Positions 1-14,439 of a DNA stretch of 64,000 nucleotides are shown here, piece by piece. The first letter of the stretch is position 1, and the number at the start of each line of letters is the position of its first letter. The stretch spans positions 8,370,001-8,434,000 of the forward strand of contig CM035353.1 in the NCBI GenBank assembly GCA_020137815.1, given 5' to 3'. The notes beneath the pieces are model-generated. The model did not search any database, was not told the DNA's origin, and saw only the letters and a list, made by a program, of their open reading frames with translations. The stretch comes from Hormiphora californensis (lineage: Eukaryota > Animalia > Ctenophora). The position numbers were made by a program, and so were the translations under genes.

Positions 1-34
1 TCTAATAACTACCCCCCCCCCCCCCCCCCGCCAG

Positions 35-3000
35 GTTTCCATCCTGGTTATGTGCCACACACGAGAGCTTGCCTTCCAAATTTCAAAGGAGTATACCCGG
101 TTTGCCAAGTATTTGAGTAACGTTAAGGTCGGTGTATTCTTCGGAGGAATGCCTGTTGTAAAGGACAAACAGAGGTAATTATTTGACTACAGTAGTAACT
201 GATTGTACGATTCTTTGAAAGGAAAGCAAGGCCTTGATTTGTTGGTATCTGAGCAGTGTTTGTACAGCTAACCCGGATATATGCTGTTCTGAAACAAATC
301 GTCTTTATCGGTTTCTCTGCTCACAGCTCAACTCCCTAACCCCCTCTCCCTAATCCCCTCTCTCCCCAGGCTGAAGACAGACTGCCCTCACATTGTCGTT
401 GGAACCCCTGGACGAATTCTAGCCCTTGCTCGGGACAAGAGTCTGAACCTGAAGAACTGCAAGCACTTCGTATTGGATGAGTGCGACAAGATGCTCGAAC
501 AACTTGGTAAGATTTCAAGTGGGGCAATAACACACCCGTCCCCCAACTGCAACCATATACCACCCTTTCCTCAACTAAATCATCCATCTAACCTCCCTTT
601 CTCTCCTTGTTCAGATATGCGAAGAGACGTCCAGGAGATCTTCAGGATGACCCCAGTAGAGAAACAAGTGATGATGTTCAGTGCCACACTCTCTAAAGAT
701 GTCCGGCCTGTCTGCAGAAAGTTCATGCAAGATGTATGTTGTTGGGCGCCTCTTATCACCGGGGCAGCGGGGTGATCTTTTCTACACTGTACCCTGAGAG
801 TACTGCCCTCTCTCTATCTCTATCTGACCCATATTTACACAGCTTGGTATAATTGGAACAAGCTACAGCTGGACCTCCGTTCCTTGGATCATAACAACCC
901 GTCCCCCAATATATTAGTATCGTTTGAGATCTCATCTCTAATGTTCCAGACTGCCAAGAGTTACCGCATCTTTCCTGTGTATCTCATTAGTTCCAGAACC
1001 ACCCAAATATAACGTGTTCTTGAGTCTCATGTCTCAGTTGTTCCTGAATAACGTATCGCTATTCTTGAGTCAGTTCCAGAATCGTGTTTTCCAATATATC
1101 TCCTCTCAGTATTTGATTGTTGGTGTTTTGGCAATTAGTTGACGGTTTTTACAATTGTTCCAGAAGTTTGGTTTGATTGTGTGATTTAGGGACTGTTGGT
1201 TTGGTTGGTTCCAGATTGTATTGTTGTTGTTTGGGACAAAGACGACACAGCGGGGATAATGGATATGTGGACCTCTCTCTGGGAGATGTGAAAGTGAGTG
1301 ATGCTGCAACCAACCCAAGGTAAGTGAGTGCGTGTTGTGTGCAAAAAGTAACCGATTCAGTTGCGTGTAAAGCACATAGTCTGTTAACATTTCAAATGCG
1401 CGCGCGGCCCCTTTCTCTCTATCCCCTCTATCTCTCTTTTTCACTCCCCCACCTCTCTCAACTGTCCAGATGTGCTCTGGCAAGCTCTCCACGAGACTAC
1501 TCCCGATCCAGCCCACGAGACACTGTGAGAGGTTCGGCAGAACACTATCCAGACCAATATTAGTTCGAGGATGACAGTTAGTGTGGAGCTGTTGTGTTTA
1601 TCAGGCCTTCCGTCGGTGGATATCGGTCAGCTTTCGTGGGTATCTTAGTTTGTGGATATTGGTCGTCATCTTAGTAAGCGGAGTTCTTGTTTCGTTTGTG
1701 GAGTTCTTGTTTCGTTAGCGGATATCCTATGCAGTAGATCGATCCAGTTTTTCATAGTCAGTGGAGTCCTCTAGATTCGTTAGCGGATAGTGGAGCCCTA
1801 TATATATATATATCACCGGATCATCTCAACATCTTGTTCCAGGCACTCTTCTAGCGGTGTGTGGGTTGTGAGTACAAACCCCATCCACCCCCATCGGCCA
1901 TTCCATCTCTCCCCTCCCCTCTCTCTATTAACAATCCCCCTAAACTCTCAGGCCCTGGAAGTGTTTGTTGATGATGAAACCAAGTTGACTCTACACGGTC
2001 TACAGCAGTACTACGTGAAGCTGAAGGAGAGCGAGAAAAACAGGAAACTCTTTGATCTTCTTGATCTGCTAGAGTTCAACCAGGTCAGTTTTCAATCCTC
2101 ATATTCAATCTCTGACTTGCGTCCACACATTGCATACCCGGTGTCCCAGGAGTTTATTTTGGCCGGGAATGGCCGTTTTCATGTGGCCGATTTGGCCGAT
2201 TTTTTCGTTTTTGATTTTTGACCAATTAGGTTCAATTATGGCCAATTAGGGTACTTTCTTGACCCCTGAGCACTTTAATAAGTAGCTCACGTGATTCAGC
2301 GTGCAAAAATAGGTGGGTTTAGTGCCCACGCTTGATTTTTTGATGAAATTTAAATTTTCGGTCTTTTTGACCGAAATATTCCTGTTATTCCCCCCCTATT
2401 CCCCCTTTTTACAGGTAGATTTTGGCCGAAAAGCCGAAATATTCCTCCTCTGAGAGGAAGACTGAAAAAAGTGGGAAACAATTTGATAATAAACTTAAAA
2501 TGACATAAACCGACATATTTCGATACGCTGAATCACGTGAGCTACTTATCAAAGTGCTAAGAGGTCAAGAAAGTGCCCTAATTGAACATAATTGAACATA
2601 ATTGGTCAAAAATTGAAATTTCATGAAAAATATCAAATAATCAAGCTTGACCACAAACCCCACTAATTTTGGTACGCTGAATCACGTGAGCTACTTTTTT
2701 AAATCTTCTTATGCCAATTAAGGGTGCTAATTGGCATAATAGGATGTTAATTGGTGATTCTGAAGGATCTATTATGGCCATGTCATTACCCACTATCCCC
2801 ACTAATTTTGGTACGCTGAATCACGTGAGCTACTTTTTGAAGTCCTCAGATGTGAAAAAAGGGCCGAAAATCGGCCATAAGACAATTTGGCCGACGGGAA
2901 TGGTATTCCCGTATTCCTCTATTTGGGACACCGGGATTGCATACCCCCTCCCTTTCAATAACTCCTCAAATTTACTCCCTCCTTTACCCGGGGGGGTAAT

Positions 3001-4369
3001 CATGGTGACAAATGGTGACTCATCTGACCATTTAGGGTATGTCACCATCACCATTTGTCACCATTTGTCACCATTCGTCTCCCTTTGTCACCATTTGTCT
3101 CCATTTGTCACCATATTTTGACGGAATATGCGAATTTCGGCAGAATTTCCTTAAAATTTTTAAAGAAATTTGATAAAATTTATTAATTTCCTTAGACCGA
3201 TATATTTGTTCATAAGTTGTTAACATGGCCATTCCGGATCGGCTAGTAGTGTATTGGACCACTAAAACTTCCCAAAAGTCACGTTGAGGGTGTACCTCCC
3301 TCGCACAACACATAAAAGCGCAATTAACCACCTGTGACCCCTTAATTACATCCAATCGACTTGAAACTTGGTAGAAGTGTCCCCCCAGTGTCCCATAACA
3401 TCATATTATGTCCCATAACATCATATTATGCCTGTAGGAAGCTCCAGAGAGAATGGTGACAAATGGTGACTCATCTCAAAATTTTGGTCATGTCACCATC
3501 ACCATTTGTCACCATATGTCACCATTTGTCACCATGATTACCCCCCCCCCCCTTTACCCCGACCATCCAATAACCCCCTTCCTCCCCAGGTTGTCATCTT
3601 TGTGAGGACTGTACAGCGATGCATGGCCCTAACCCAGCTCCTGTCCGAACAGAACTTCCCCGCTATCTGTATTCACCGATCTCTAACACAGGAAGAGAGG
3701 TGTGTAGTAGTTGTGTACAGTTTCAACTATTTTTAGCTGATTTTCTTTGACATAATAAACTCCCTCTTTACTCCAATAACTCTCTCCTCGTTTAGGTTGG
3801 CCCGATACCAACAGTTCAAGGACTTCCAGAAGCGAATCCTAGTTGCCACTGACCTCTTTGGACGAGGAATGGACATTGAGAGGGTGAACATTGTATTCAA
3901 CTACGACATGCCAGAGGACAGTGACATGTACCTCCATAGGGTGAGAGAATCAGCTGATTTTAGTGTTCCTTCACTTGTTCTAATCCTCCTAACTCCTTTG
4001 TAAAAGAGAAAGGGTCGAACAAAGGGCAATCTTGTTTTTATAGCCCCACAATATACAAATAATAACCTTTCTTTCTCCTTCAGGTGGCCCGAGCTGGACG
4101 GTTTGGTACCAAGGGACTCGCCATCACATTCGTGTCAGATGAGAATGATGCCAAGATTCTGAATGATGTTCAGGATAGGTTTGAGGTGGATATCGGAGAG
4201 CTCCCTGATTCTATCGATATTACTAGCTACAGTGAGTCACCCTAGCCTTTTTCAAGTCCTTTTTTTGTACAGTGTACCCTTTTCTGCTACTAAATTTGAT
4301 CTCATTTGACCTTTCACTTTTTATTTTCACTTTGTAACACCCCTTTCCCTCCCAGTTGAACAACGTTAA
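35..4369 (+). CDS. DDX39: Spliceosome/export DEAD-box (DECD) RNA helicase UAP56/DDX39, 5'-truncated by the window edge; exons 35-174, 370-506, 615-733, 1952-2083, 3590-3699, 3796-3940, 4084-4231, 4356-4369
   Basis: Spliced translation with GT-AG boundaries and matching phases gives [71 protein letters not shown], ending IEQR*. Confidence 0.97.
2137..2935. mobile_element. Non-autonomous DNA transposon (hAT-like MITE) in a DDX39 intron
   Basis: TIRs CCCGGTGTCCCA / TGGGACACCGGG; exact 8-bp TSD ATTGCATA (2129-2136, 2936-2943); internal repeated GCTGAATCACGTGAGCTAC motifs. Confidence 0.85.
2990..3550. mobile_element. Non-autonomous DNA transposon (Mutator-like MITE) in the same DDX39 intron
   Basis: TIRs GGGGGGTAATCATGGTGACAAATGGTGAC and its reverse complement; 9-bp TSD CCTTTACCC (2981-2989, 3551-3559); internal GTCACCATTT repeats. 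Confidence 0.8.
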
Positions 4370-5239
4370 ACGATGAGCAAGTGAAATAAAAAACAGCAGA
4401 CAGCAAGAGAGGCCGTTATTACATCTTCTCTGATTACAGACAAGAACGACATACAGAACAGTGTTTTTTTCAAATGTGTTTCCCCCAAAGTGTGTGTCTG
4501 TGGCAGCTACTACTTGATTACCATCTGATCTTTTGAGAGCAATGACACCCTGTTTATTTTACAATATATTTAACACACGCTTCCCAAGTATTTTAATTAA
4601 TGTCTGTCAATTTGTATCTGTCAAGGGTTGATCAGCCGGCATGCGGGAATACTGATCAGCCCTTTATTCGGTGGAGGTGGGTATCTCAGATCGGCTCGGC
4701 ACCTCTGATTCTGAACAAGAAATGTCTGGCTGCACCAAGTGCCAACCCGATCTGAGCATACTGTCGAGAATCAAAATGGCCATGACCGGCCATGGGGTCT
4801 GGCGGCGCCAGACGCTGACAGAACAAGAAAAGTGTCAACTGTCAACGTGATGCCTGTACTCAGTACAGTACTGGCAGTCCGATCCTTGCCCCAATCAATC
4901 AATCATTTAATAAAATCTCACTGTTTAAAATTGGAAAACAATAAAGAAATGTATGTAACAAAAACATTGAATCATTAAATTGATCTATAAATAAAATATA
5001 CCCTACCCCTTCCGGCTTCCCTCTCAGGTTAACCAAATTTTCCGAATCTGATACAGACTAAATTATACACACGGGAAAACAAAGTTGTACATCATCACAC
5101 AGAAAAACATACAATAAAACGAGTGTCCCTGTCACCAACTTAGTGACCCGATTAAGATCTAATCTCACAAAACAAAGAGTCACTAAGTTCCTCACAAGAG
5201 ACAGAGTCACAATACCTCAGTCACTAACTCTAAGAAGTC

Positions 5240-8200
5240 TCACAAGACCTCACTAAGTTCCTCCCCACTAGGATCACTCTCCCCTCCACCACAGAAATAT
5301 GTCAGTAGGTTGATGATAAACAGTGCCCTCTTCTCATTCCCCTCCGTGTCCTTCCCTTTAAACATCCCACTAAACATGGTGAAGAGATTGTCAGCATCCC
5401 CCGTCACACTACCACACACCTCAGACATCTCTCTGGGACTCTGGATCTGTCCCCCGTCTCTCTGTTGTCTCTCAGAGAGGATCACACACGTTGCACTGAT
5501 TAGAGATTCAGCAGTCATGGTGGATCGGACCGCTGAGGAACCTGTCTTACGAGAGATAGCTGAGATGACTTTGGTCTGTTTTCTAAGGGCTTCAGATAAG
5601 GATGATATTGTGATGTCCTGCTGCTTGTTTTCTTCTGTCTTCTTCTCCAGAAGAGATTTGAGGTGCGAGCATGAACATGATGATGACAGTTTCTTAGTTT
5701 TCTCTTGGTGTTGTTTCTTTGTTTTCTCTTGCTCTATTAACGATTCTGTCTTGCCCAACTTTACTGATAATTGTCTGAAGGCTTCAGCTGATTTGTCTGC
5801 CTCTGCTTTGAAGAACTTTCTTAGGTTTCGCTCCTGTTCGATCTGAAAGGGATATATTGTTTGGACACCAGCTATAATAATTATATGGTTGTCAGTCGAA
5901 CATCAAACTGCGACCCATCATCAAATGACAAAACATGTGCCTGTGAAGATGGGGCAAAAACTACAATTCGTGCTGACAATAGCTACTTTACATTGCGCGA
6001 GAAAGTGGCCGCGCGCGTGCAATGTGCTTTCCATGGAAGCTCGCGAGGAGGAGAAATTGTCGCGTTTTGCGTCGCGCCTTCCGTCCAGTTGAACAGAGAA
6101 ATGACAAGGAATCTGCAAACACTTAACCAACCTGCTGTTTGAGGTCCTCCACTTCACTTGCGTGTTTCTCTTTACGATCATGGAGTTTCTTCGACCTCGC
6201 TGTAACGGGGGGGGGGATATTACAGCATGAACTCGATTCAGCTGAATATGATGTGTGGATTATTGGTAATGAAATTACCCCTCCGTGCAACCTGCAAGCT
6301 CACAGATATTATATGCAATAATAGAGGTGACTTCGTAACCAATCACCAATGTGGATTCTCAGTTTAAATACCTTGGGTGGAAAGATTCTCCTCGACCACC
6401 CGTTGGTTAATTGCCGAGCACTCTTTAATAGTCTGTTTCTGTTCTTTTAACGTCTCGAAAATCTAAAACAAAATAAGGGACCAATTTAAAAATTATTTAT
6501 AAAAAATGTACCCTGCAGTGGTTAAAAACACCTAAAGTCGGATTTTTTGAAGTTGTCACCCCCTGGGTGGCGTGTGAGTTTTTATTTGCGCACCGGGAAG
6601 TTGTTTTGGCTCTCACGCCTTTGTTTCTTAACCAATTTCTTCAAACGAAAACTTTAAGGACTCACAAAATTATGCTCTTTCCGATGATATGCGGCTTTTT
6701 GCCGAAAAGTGAGAGCAAGTGGGGGCTGTCACACGCAAATACGACGCCACGTGTGATAAGGGGGTGACAACTTCAAAAAATCCGACTTTATGTGGCTCGT
6801 AAGAACAGTCCTAACAACTCAATCAACGATCACATCGATATTTGGTCCAATTACAAAATTGGAAACTGATGCCAGTTTCAAGGTCCCGGTTGCCGCTAGC
6901 AGTACTGACACTACTTTCAATGCAATTTACATCGAAATTGGTCACGTGATCGTAGATGCCACGTGCAACATGTTTCACCAGGAGTGTCCCAGCTGCAAAC
7001 TGGTGTCAGTTTCCAACCTAATGTCAGTTTCCAATTTGTAACTGGAGCGTAACTTTGGGTCTTACCTTAGCGTTGTCTTTGACGTAAATGTTCAGAGTTT
7101 TAGCAGGTGAAACGGTCGCCGGGATAAGAAGTTCTTCAAAGTGCTTTTTACAAAGTTGGACAAGAGGGCTCACGTCCGTTAGAAGAGGGCTCAGGTCTGT
7201 TAGAAATCGAACGGATCTCCCTGCTGAGCAGTCCTTGCCTGCATAGTCGCAGTCAGAGTAAATTTTCTGAAGGGAAATATCAAATGATGGTGATTGACGT
7301 GGTGGATGAGAAAGGATAACTTACCCTGACTAACTCGGGCTGTTGTTCAGTTTGGCGGTCTTTCTTTCCGGGGTCGTTCTTTGAGTAGAAATTGCCAGGC
7401 CCAAATTGGGTTTTAGGGCAGCTTTCGAGGCACTGAGCAGGTAATTCTCTAAGTGGGTGGCCTGGTGGAAGCCACTCTTGGAAAAGTTCGGCTGCTATTT
7501 CAAAGTCTCGGTGAGATCCCTCTGGTGGAAGCTTCTTTACTGCGAAGTTTTCCAGCCAAATTTTAGTAGAAAAGTCCGTTGAGAAACAATTCATAAAAGC
7601 AGGTATCTTCATAAAATCAGAAAGACAAGTCCGAATGCGAAACGTTGCCAGACGTAATTCCAAATCCTTGGCAGTCTTCATAATGACTGTTTTATTATGA
7701 AAGTCTTTTACTTCTATAAACAATTGTATGAAACGTTGCTCCTCTTTGGTGATGGGGATTTCTCTATCCTCAAGAAGATCTCGCAGGGAATCCTGAAGCC
7801 GCAGTGCAACGCGATCTTCAACAACTTGAACGCTATCCATTTTAAACAATATTTGTTCAATGAGCTCCACTTCATCGAGTGAAGCGTGGGTAATTTCCCT
7901 GTTCTCTAGTAATGTCATCAGAGAGAGCTCCTTCTTAGTGAACTTGGACTTATCTTGCACTGGAAGTCTCATCAGGATCTTCGTGAGTACATCTTCAACG
8001 GCCGGGTAAGCGAAACTGTCATCTTTGTCAACCACTGTGCTTTTCTTTCTGGCGTTAGGTCTTATCTTTCCCATCCTTTTCTCGATGTCAAAGCCTTCAG
8101 GTTTCGATCTAGCCGTCTCGTTGATGACTGGTTCGAAGGGGACTATAATCTGTCGCTGTGCTCCTGTTGTAGTAGCCGGGGGCTCGTAACACTTCACCTT

Positions 8201-10286
8201 GCGTTTTGCCTTTCGAGGGGGAGCATTCAAAGCACGGGGGGACTTAGACGGAGAGGGGGTTTCTGAGGATTCGGGTGTACCGGGAGTAACAAGAGCAGCG
8301 GCTGGGCGGCGATTTTTATCGAGCAACGCTTGAGAGTACATTCGTCTGAAAATGGTGATTTACGTTAAAAGTGATAATTGTTGGTAGCTACTAGCTGTTA
8401 TATGATGAAACAAACCTGGAATGAGTTATAGCTGTGGTGCTCCTTATTTCACTTATCATAGCATTGAAGACATTTTGGGCTTTGGGCGTAAAGTTGAGAG
8501 GAGTTGGTATTGGATTGTGGAAGATTGTCTGAAAGGAAATTAAAACTTTAGGATTAGATATGAAAGTTAACTTGGTGCCCCTTGCTGGAGGGGTGGTAAC
8601 TAAACTGTGTGGGAGCACACTTCCTACCTCTCCAGTGTGTCCGAAACAAGTGGTAGGGTATTATCTCTTTCTTCGTGAACTGGTTCCGTTCCTCCACCCT
8701 TGTCACACGCTCACATCCAGTCTTGCTGGCGTTCCAACACGCTCCAACTGTAAACTCTTTCTTTGTCCTACTTTCTCCTGGAAAAATTCACTCGAAATAA
8801 ACAACCTAACTCTAGCCGAACTGCAGCCATGGCCATGTTTCTGTCTTTGAATTTGGATTACATGACTTTAACTTACGTTCACGCTTATTGTTTCTGCTCG
8901 ATGGTGTTGAAAACTCGGCACTGTCGGCTATGCTCCTAAAGAGAAACATTCGTATGATTTTAATTGATCAATTAAAGCGAATTGGTTAAGTAGTTAAAAA
9001 GTGACCATTCACGTACGGAGTCGAGCAGCGAGACGATAGCATCCTGTCTCAGGAGGGGGAGGAGGTTTCTCACATTGTGTAGACTTCTTAGACTTTGGCC
9101 GAGGCCTTGATTCTGGCTCTGGGTGAATCTTATCGAACACTGAAAATAAAATGTCTTCAATTATCTTAGTACGCCATACCTTACCACGTCTCAGTAAACT
9201 TGTTTAAAAACACTAATACAAGAGCCTTCAGGGCCCCTTGATCTGTGCTTGGTTACTGGTTACACCTGTCCATACATACTTGTCTTTTCAAGTTTGAGAA
9301 TTACGCAATTTCTGCCATGATTTCTCAGCTTGGCGTAGGTCAGAAAACCCTTCCCGCAGTCGGAGCATCGAAAATGGTTTCAAATCTGTGCGGAGAAGGC
9401 ACGTGCAGTTGTAATAGTGAATCAACTCGTCGATAACACCCAATATCTCCGGTTGAAGTGAGAGAAAGTTTTGAGCTCCATGGAGGAGCAACTTGAACTT
9501 CGCAGGAATGAAAATCTGAAAAAAAATGGTGGACGTGAAAGTTGAAACGTGATTCTAGCATGCTGCTGTAAAATCAAACTGCTCATTTTCTCTCACTTTG
9601 AGCTAGGCGATTGGGCCTTAGGCGCTTGCCAGGGCTGTGATTGTACCTTCTGTAAGATGGGCACGCAAACATTTCCAATCTGAGTAAACTCCGGAGGTTC
9701 CTCAGCCGTAAAGACAACGGGCTCAACTGGTATGGTAATGGTGGAATCAAAGGTTGGGGGAGCGTTAGACGGGCCAGGAGAGGGTGCCTCAGGGGGCTCT
9801 TTGGGTACTTCCTGGAAGAACATGGATCGTTTAGGGTCTAGTATAGGGTCTAGTGTAGAGGTTTAGGGTCTAGTATAGGGTCTAGTGTAGAGGTTTAGCG
9901 TCTAGTGTAGGGTCTAGTGTGGAGGTTTAGGGTCTAGTATAGGGTCTAGTGTAGAGGTTTAGGGTCTAGTGTAGAGGTTTAGGGTCTAGTGTAGAGGGAA
10001 TCTTATGAAAGAATAAGACTGAGTGAAGTACCTGAGTGTCCATGACTTCTTCTTTTACAGTCTTCTCCAGATTTGGCGGCTCAATCACACATATCTCATC
10101 ATCAGAGCACTTCTCCTCTTTCACAGGTGCATTACCATCACCCTGCTCAGGTGCACGCTGCTCCTCCTCGACCACCCCTTCCGGTTGCGCGGACCCACTT
10201 GCTAGTGATCCTAACAATTCAAATGGCGAGCACTCATTGTCAGTTCGTGTTCTTTTAATATCCGTACGTTTTGCTGTCCGAGGCAT
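5240..10286 (-). CDS. Uncharacterised multi-exon gene (or two adjacent/decaying genes): acidic/Pro-rich N-terminus, one C2HC zinc finger, large central exon, C-terminal coiled coil
   Basis: ORFs 10286-10032, 9811-9646, 8341-7323 and 5842-5240 are bounded by GT/AG sites. (KPF)RCSDCGKGFLTYAKLRNHGRNC lies at ~9380-9300. IEQERNLRKFFKAEADK...SLLEKKTEENKQQ looks coiled-coil. Not all exon phases could be reconciled. Confidence 0.55.
6535..6788. mobile_element. MITE with TA target site (Tc1/mariner-like)
   Basis: TIR AAGTCGGATTTTTTGAAGTTGTCACCCCCT and its reverse complement, flanked by TA on both sides. Confidence 0.8.
6846..7050. mobile_element. Small degenerate MITE
   Basis: Imperfect inverted ends TCCAATTACAAAATTGGAAACTGA / TCAGTTTCCAATTTGTAACTGGA. 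Confidence 0.5.
9829..9996. repeat. Intronic minisatellite (TAGGGTCTAGTGTAGAGGTT / TAGGGTCTAGTA units)
   Basis: Direct tandem repeats of 12- and 20-bp units are visible in the sequence. Confidence 0.9.
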
Positions 10287-10351
10287 GGTTTCACTTTTTA
10301 CACTATAACATTTGGCGGGTATGAGTTGAGTGAATTAAATGCCAACTAATA

Positions 10352-11344
10352 AGGGGAATTTAGCTAAATAAGGGCCGAAACTAGGGAAAAATTTGTAACA
10401 AGCTAATTCCTTCACCAATTGGTCCCTATGGGTCCCTAGAATCACCAAAAAAAAATCACAAAAAATCCGCGATGGCTAAGTTGGGTTTTTGGACCACGCC
10501 CTTTTACCTGTATTTTCAGTCATGTGGTCAAAAATCTAAATTCCCTTAGAATAGGAGTAAAGAAGAAAATAAGGGCACTAAACTGTGTAGCGTCCTCGCA
10601 TTAGTGGGGGTAGACGCCCATGAAAAGTCTCTATCTCATTTGGTTAATTAGATAATTGGATAATTAGATCTGCGCATAGCCGTTTTTGGCCATACGGCTA
10701 TAGCCACTTAGGAATGGTTTAGAGACTTTTCACTGGCGCCAATTTGTAGGCAATGGCCAAGTTATGGGGGGTCGACGTCGGACTTTTAAGCTCTATCTCC
10801 AACCGTTTAGCCGATATTTGGCTTCAAAGGTACTCAAAATTGGGCTTTTTACCGTTTTTTGCTCATTTTGAGCATATTAAAAGCCAAATAACGGCTAAAC
10901 GGTTGAAGATAGAGCTTAAAAGTCCGACTTCGACCCCCCACAACTTGGCTATTGCCTACAAAATGGCACCAGTGAAAAGTCTCTAAACCATTCCTAAGTG
11001 GCTATAGCCGTATGGCCAAAAAACGGCTATGCGCAGATCTAATTATCCAATTATCTAATTAACCAAATGAGATAGAGACTTTTCATGGGTGTCTACCCCC
11101 ACTAATGCGAGGACGCTACACAGTTTAGTGCCCTTATTTTCTTCTTTACTCCTATTCTAAGAGAATTTAGATTTTTGACCACATGACTGAAAATACAGGT
11201 AAAAGGGCGTGGTCCAAAAACCCAACTTAGCCATCGCGGATTTTTTGTGATTTTTTTTTGGTGATTCTAGGGACCCATAGGGACCAATTGGTGAAGGAAT
11301 TAGCTTGTTACAAATTTTTCCCTAGTTTAAAGCTAATTTCCCCT
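10352..11344. mobile_element. ~1-kb foldback (fully palindromic) element, copy 1
   Basis: The left arm (AAACTAGGGAAAAATTTGTAAC...) is a near-perfect reverse complement of the right arm over ~450 bp; homologous to 60669-61681. Confidence 0.9.
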
Positions 11345-11588
11345 AACTAAACAGTAAAAGTTACAACAACATTTGATTCATAGAATTTCGAAGAAAACAA
11401 TAAAATGGAATACTCCTAACAAAATATTGATATCAAACAGAACCCAGACTCTGAATTTTGAACCTGCAAAACCAGAAATAATATAACACTCCTTTTGATA
11501 GAAAACAAGAACTGTCAACACAAATAATATATCTTAAATTGATATAAGCGTCCACGTATGGCACAGAATAATTCAACTTTGAGAAAAG

Positions 11589-13746
<2,158 letters not shown>

Positions 13747-14439
13747 TGTTCCATATAAAAACTAATGAGAAAAACAGTGTCAAAAATCCCGTCACTGGGC
13801 ATTATAGTTGTAGTTCTGAAGTCCCGATTTAGGGGAAGCTATAATCGCTTCACTAGTTATCAGATACATAGAACGTGATCTGTCTGGCGCAGCCGATCTG
13901 AGCACACTAGCTAACTAACTAAGCTGTTTGAGAATCAAAACGGGGTCTGGCGGCGCCGGCAGCACGTGATCCGCTAGTGATTCTCGAACCCAAATCGTTA
14001 CTGTGCTCCACCCAGAAAACAAGTGGCTTATGGCTGGTTGGACCGGGAATTGTGATGGTGGATCAGCAGTGATGCTGACTATCTCATTGTACGGGGCAGG
14101 GAGTTCCAAAGCTATGCCCCGAAAGACTAGTCGAGTCGTAAGGGCCCGATAAGGAATTTTACTAGGTGTATCGGCTACCACTGCTGACATGAGAGTGTAC
14201 ACTGTACTAGGCAAACAGGAGTGAGGATATCAGTGTCTCGGGTCAAATTCAATCGTGGAGGGGGTTAAGATTATGCACAGCTGCTAATCTGTGTGTTGCC
14301 AAAAAATATCTTTGTGATTATGAGCCTCATACTAATGATGGGGCTGTTCAGTTTCACTACAGTAGCACATGCTAACCGCAAATTCTTCAGAAAATCATTT
14401 GATAGCTTATTGAAAAGCCACAACTGCAGTAAACCGCAG

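Noticed and set aside
5310-5846. 178-aa plus-strand ORF; also antisense ORFs 54324-54826, 54967-55476 and 55716-56750
   Set aside because: Shadows of real coding exons on the opposite strand.
9829-9996. Interstitial telomere (contains TTAGGG)
   Set aside because: TTAGGG is only part of a longer 12/20-bp unit and never occurs in tandem.
4900-10350. Autonomous transposon or endogenous virus explaining the orphan gene
   Set aside because: No transposase, RT, Rep/helicase, integrase or capsid motif and no bounding TIR/TSD could be recognised.
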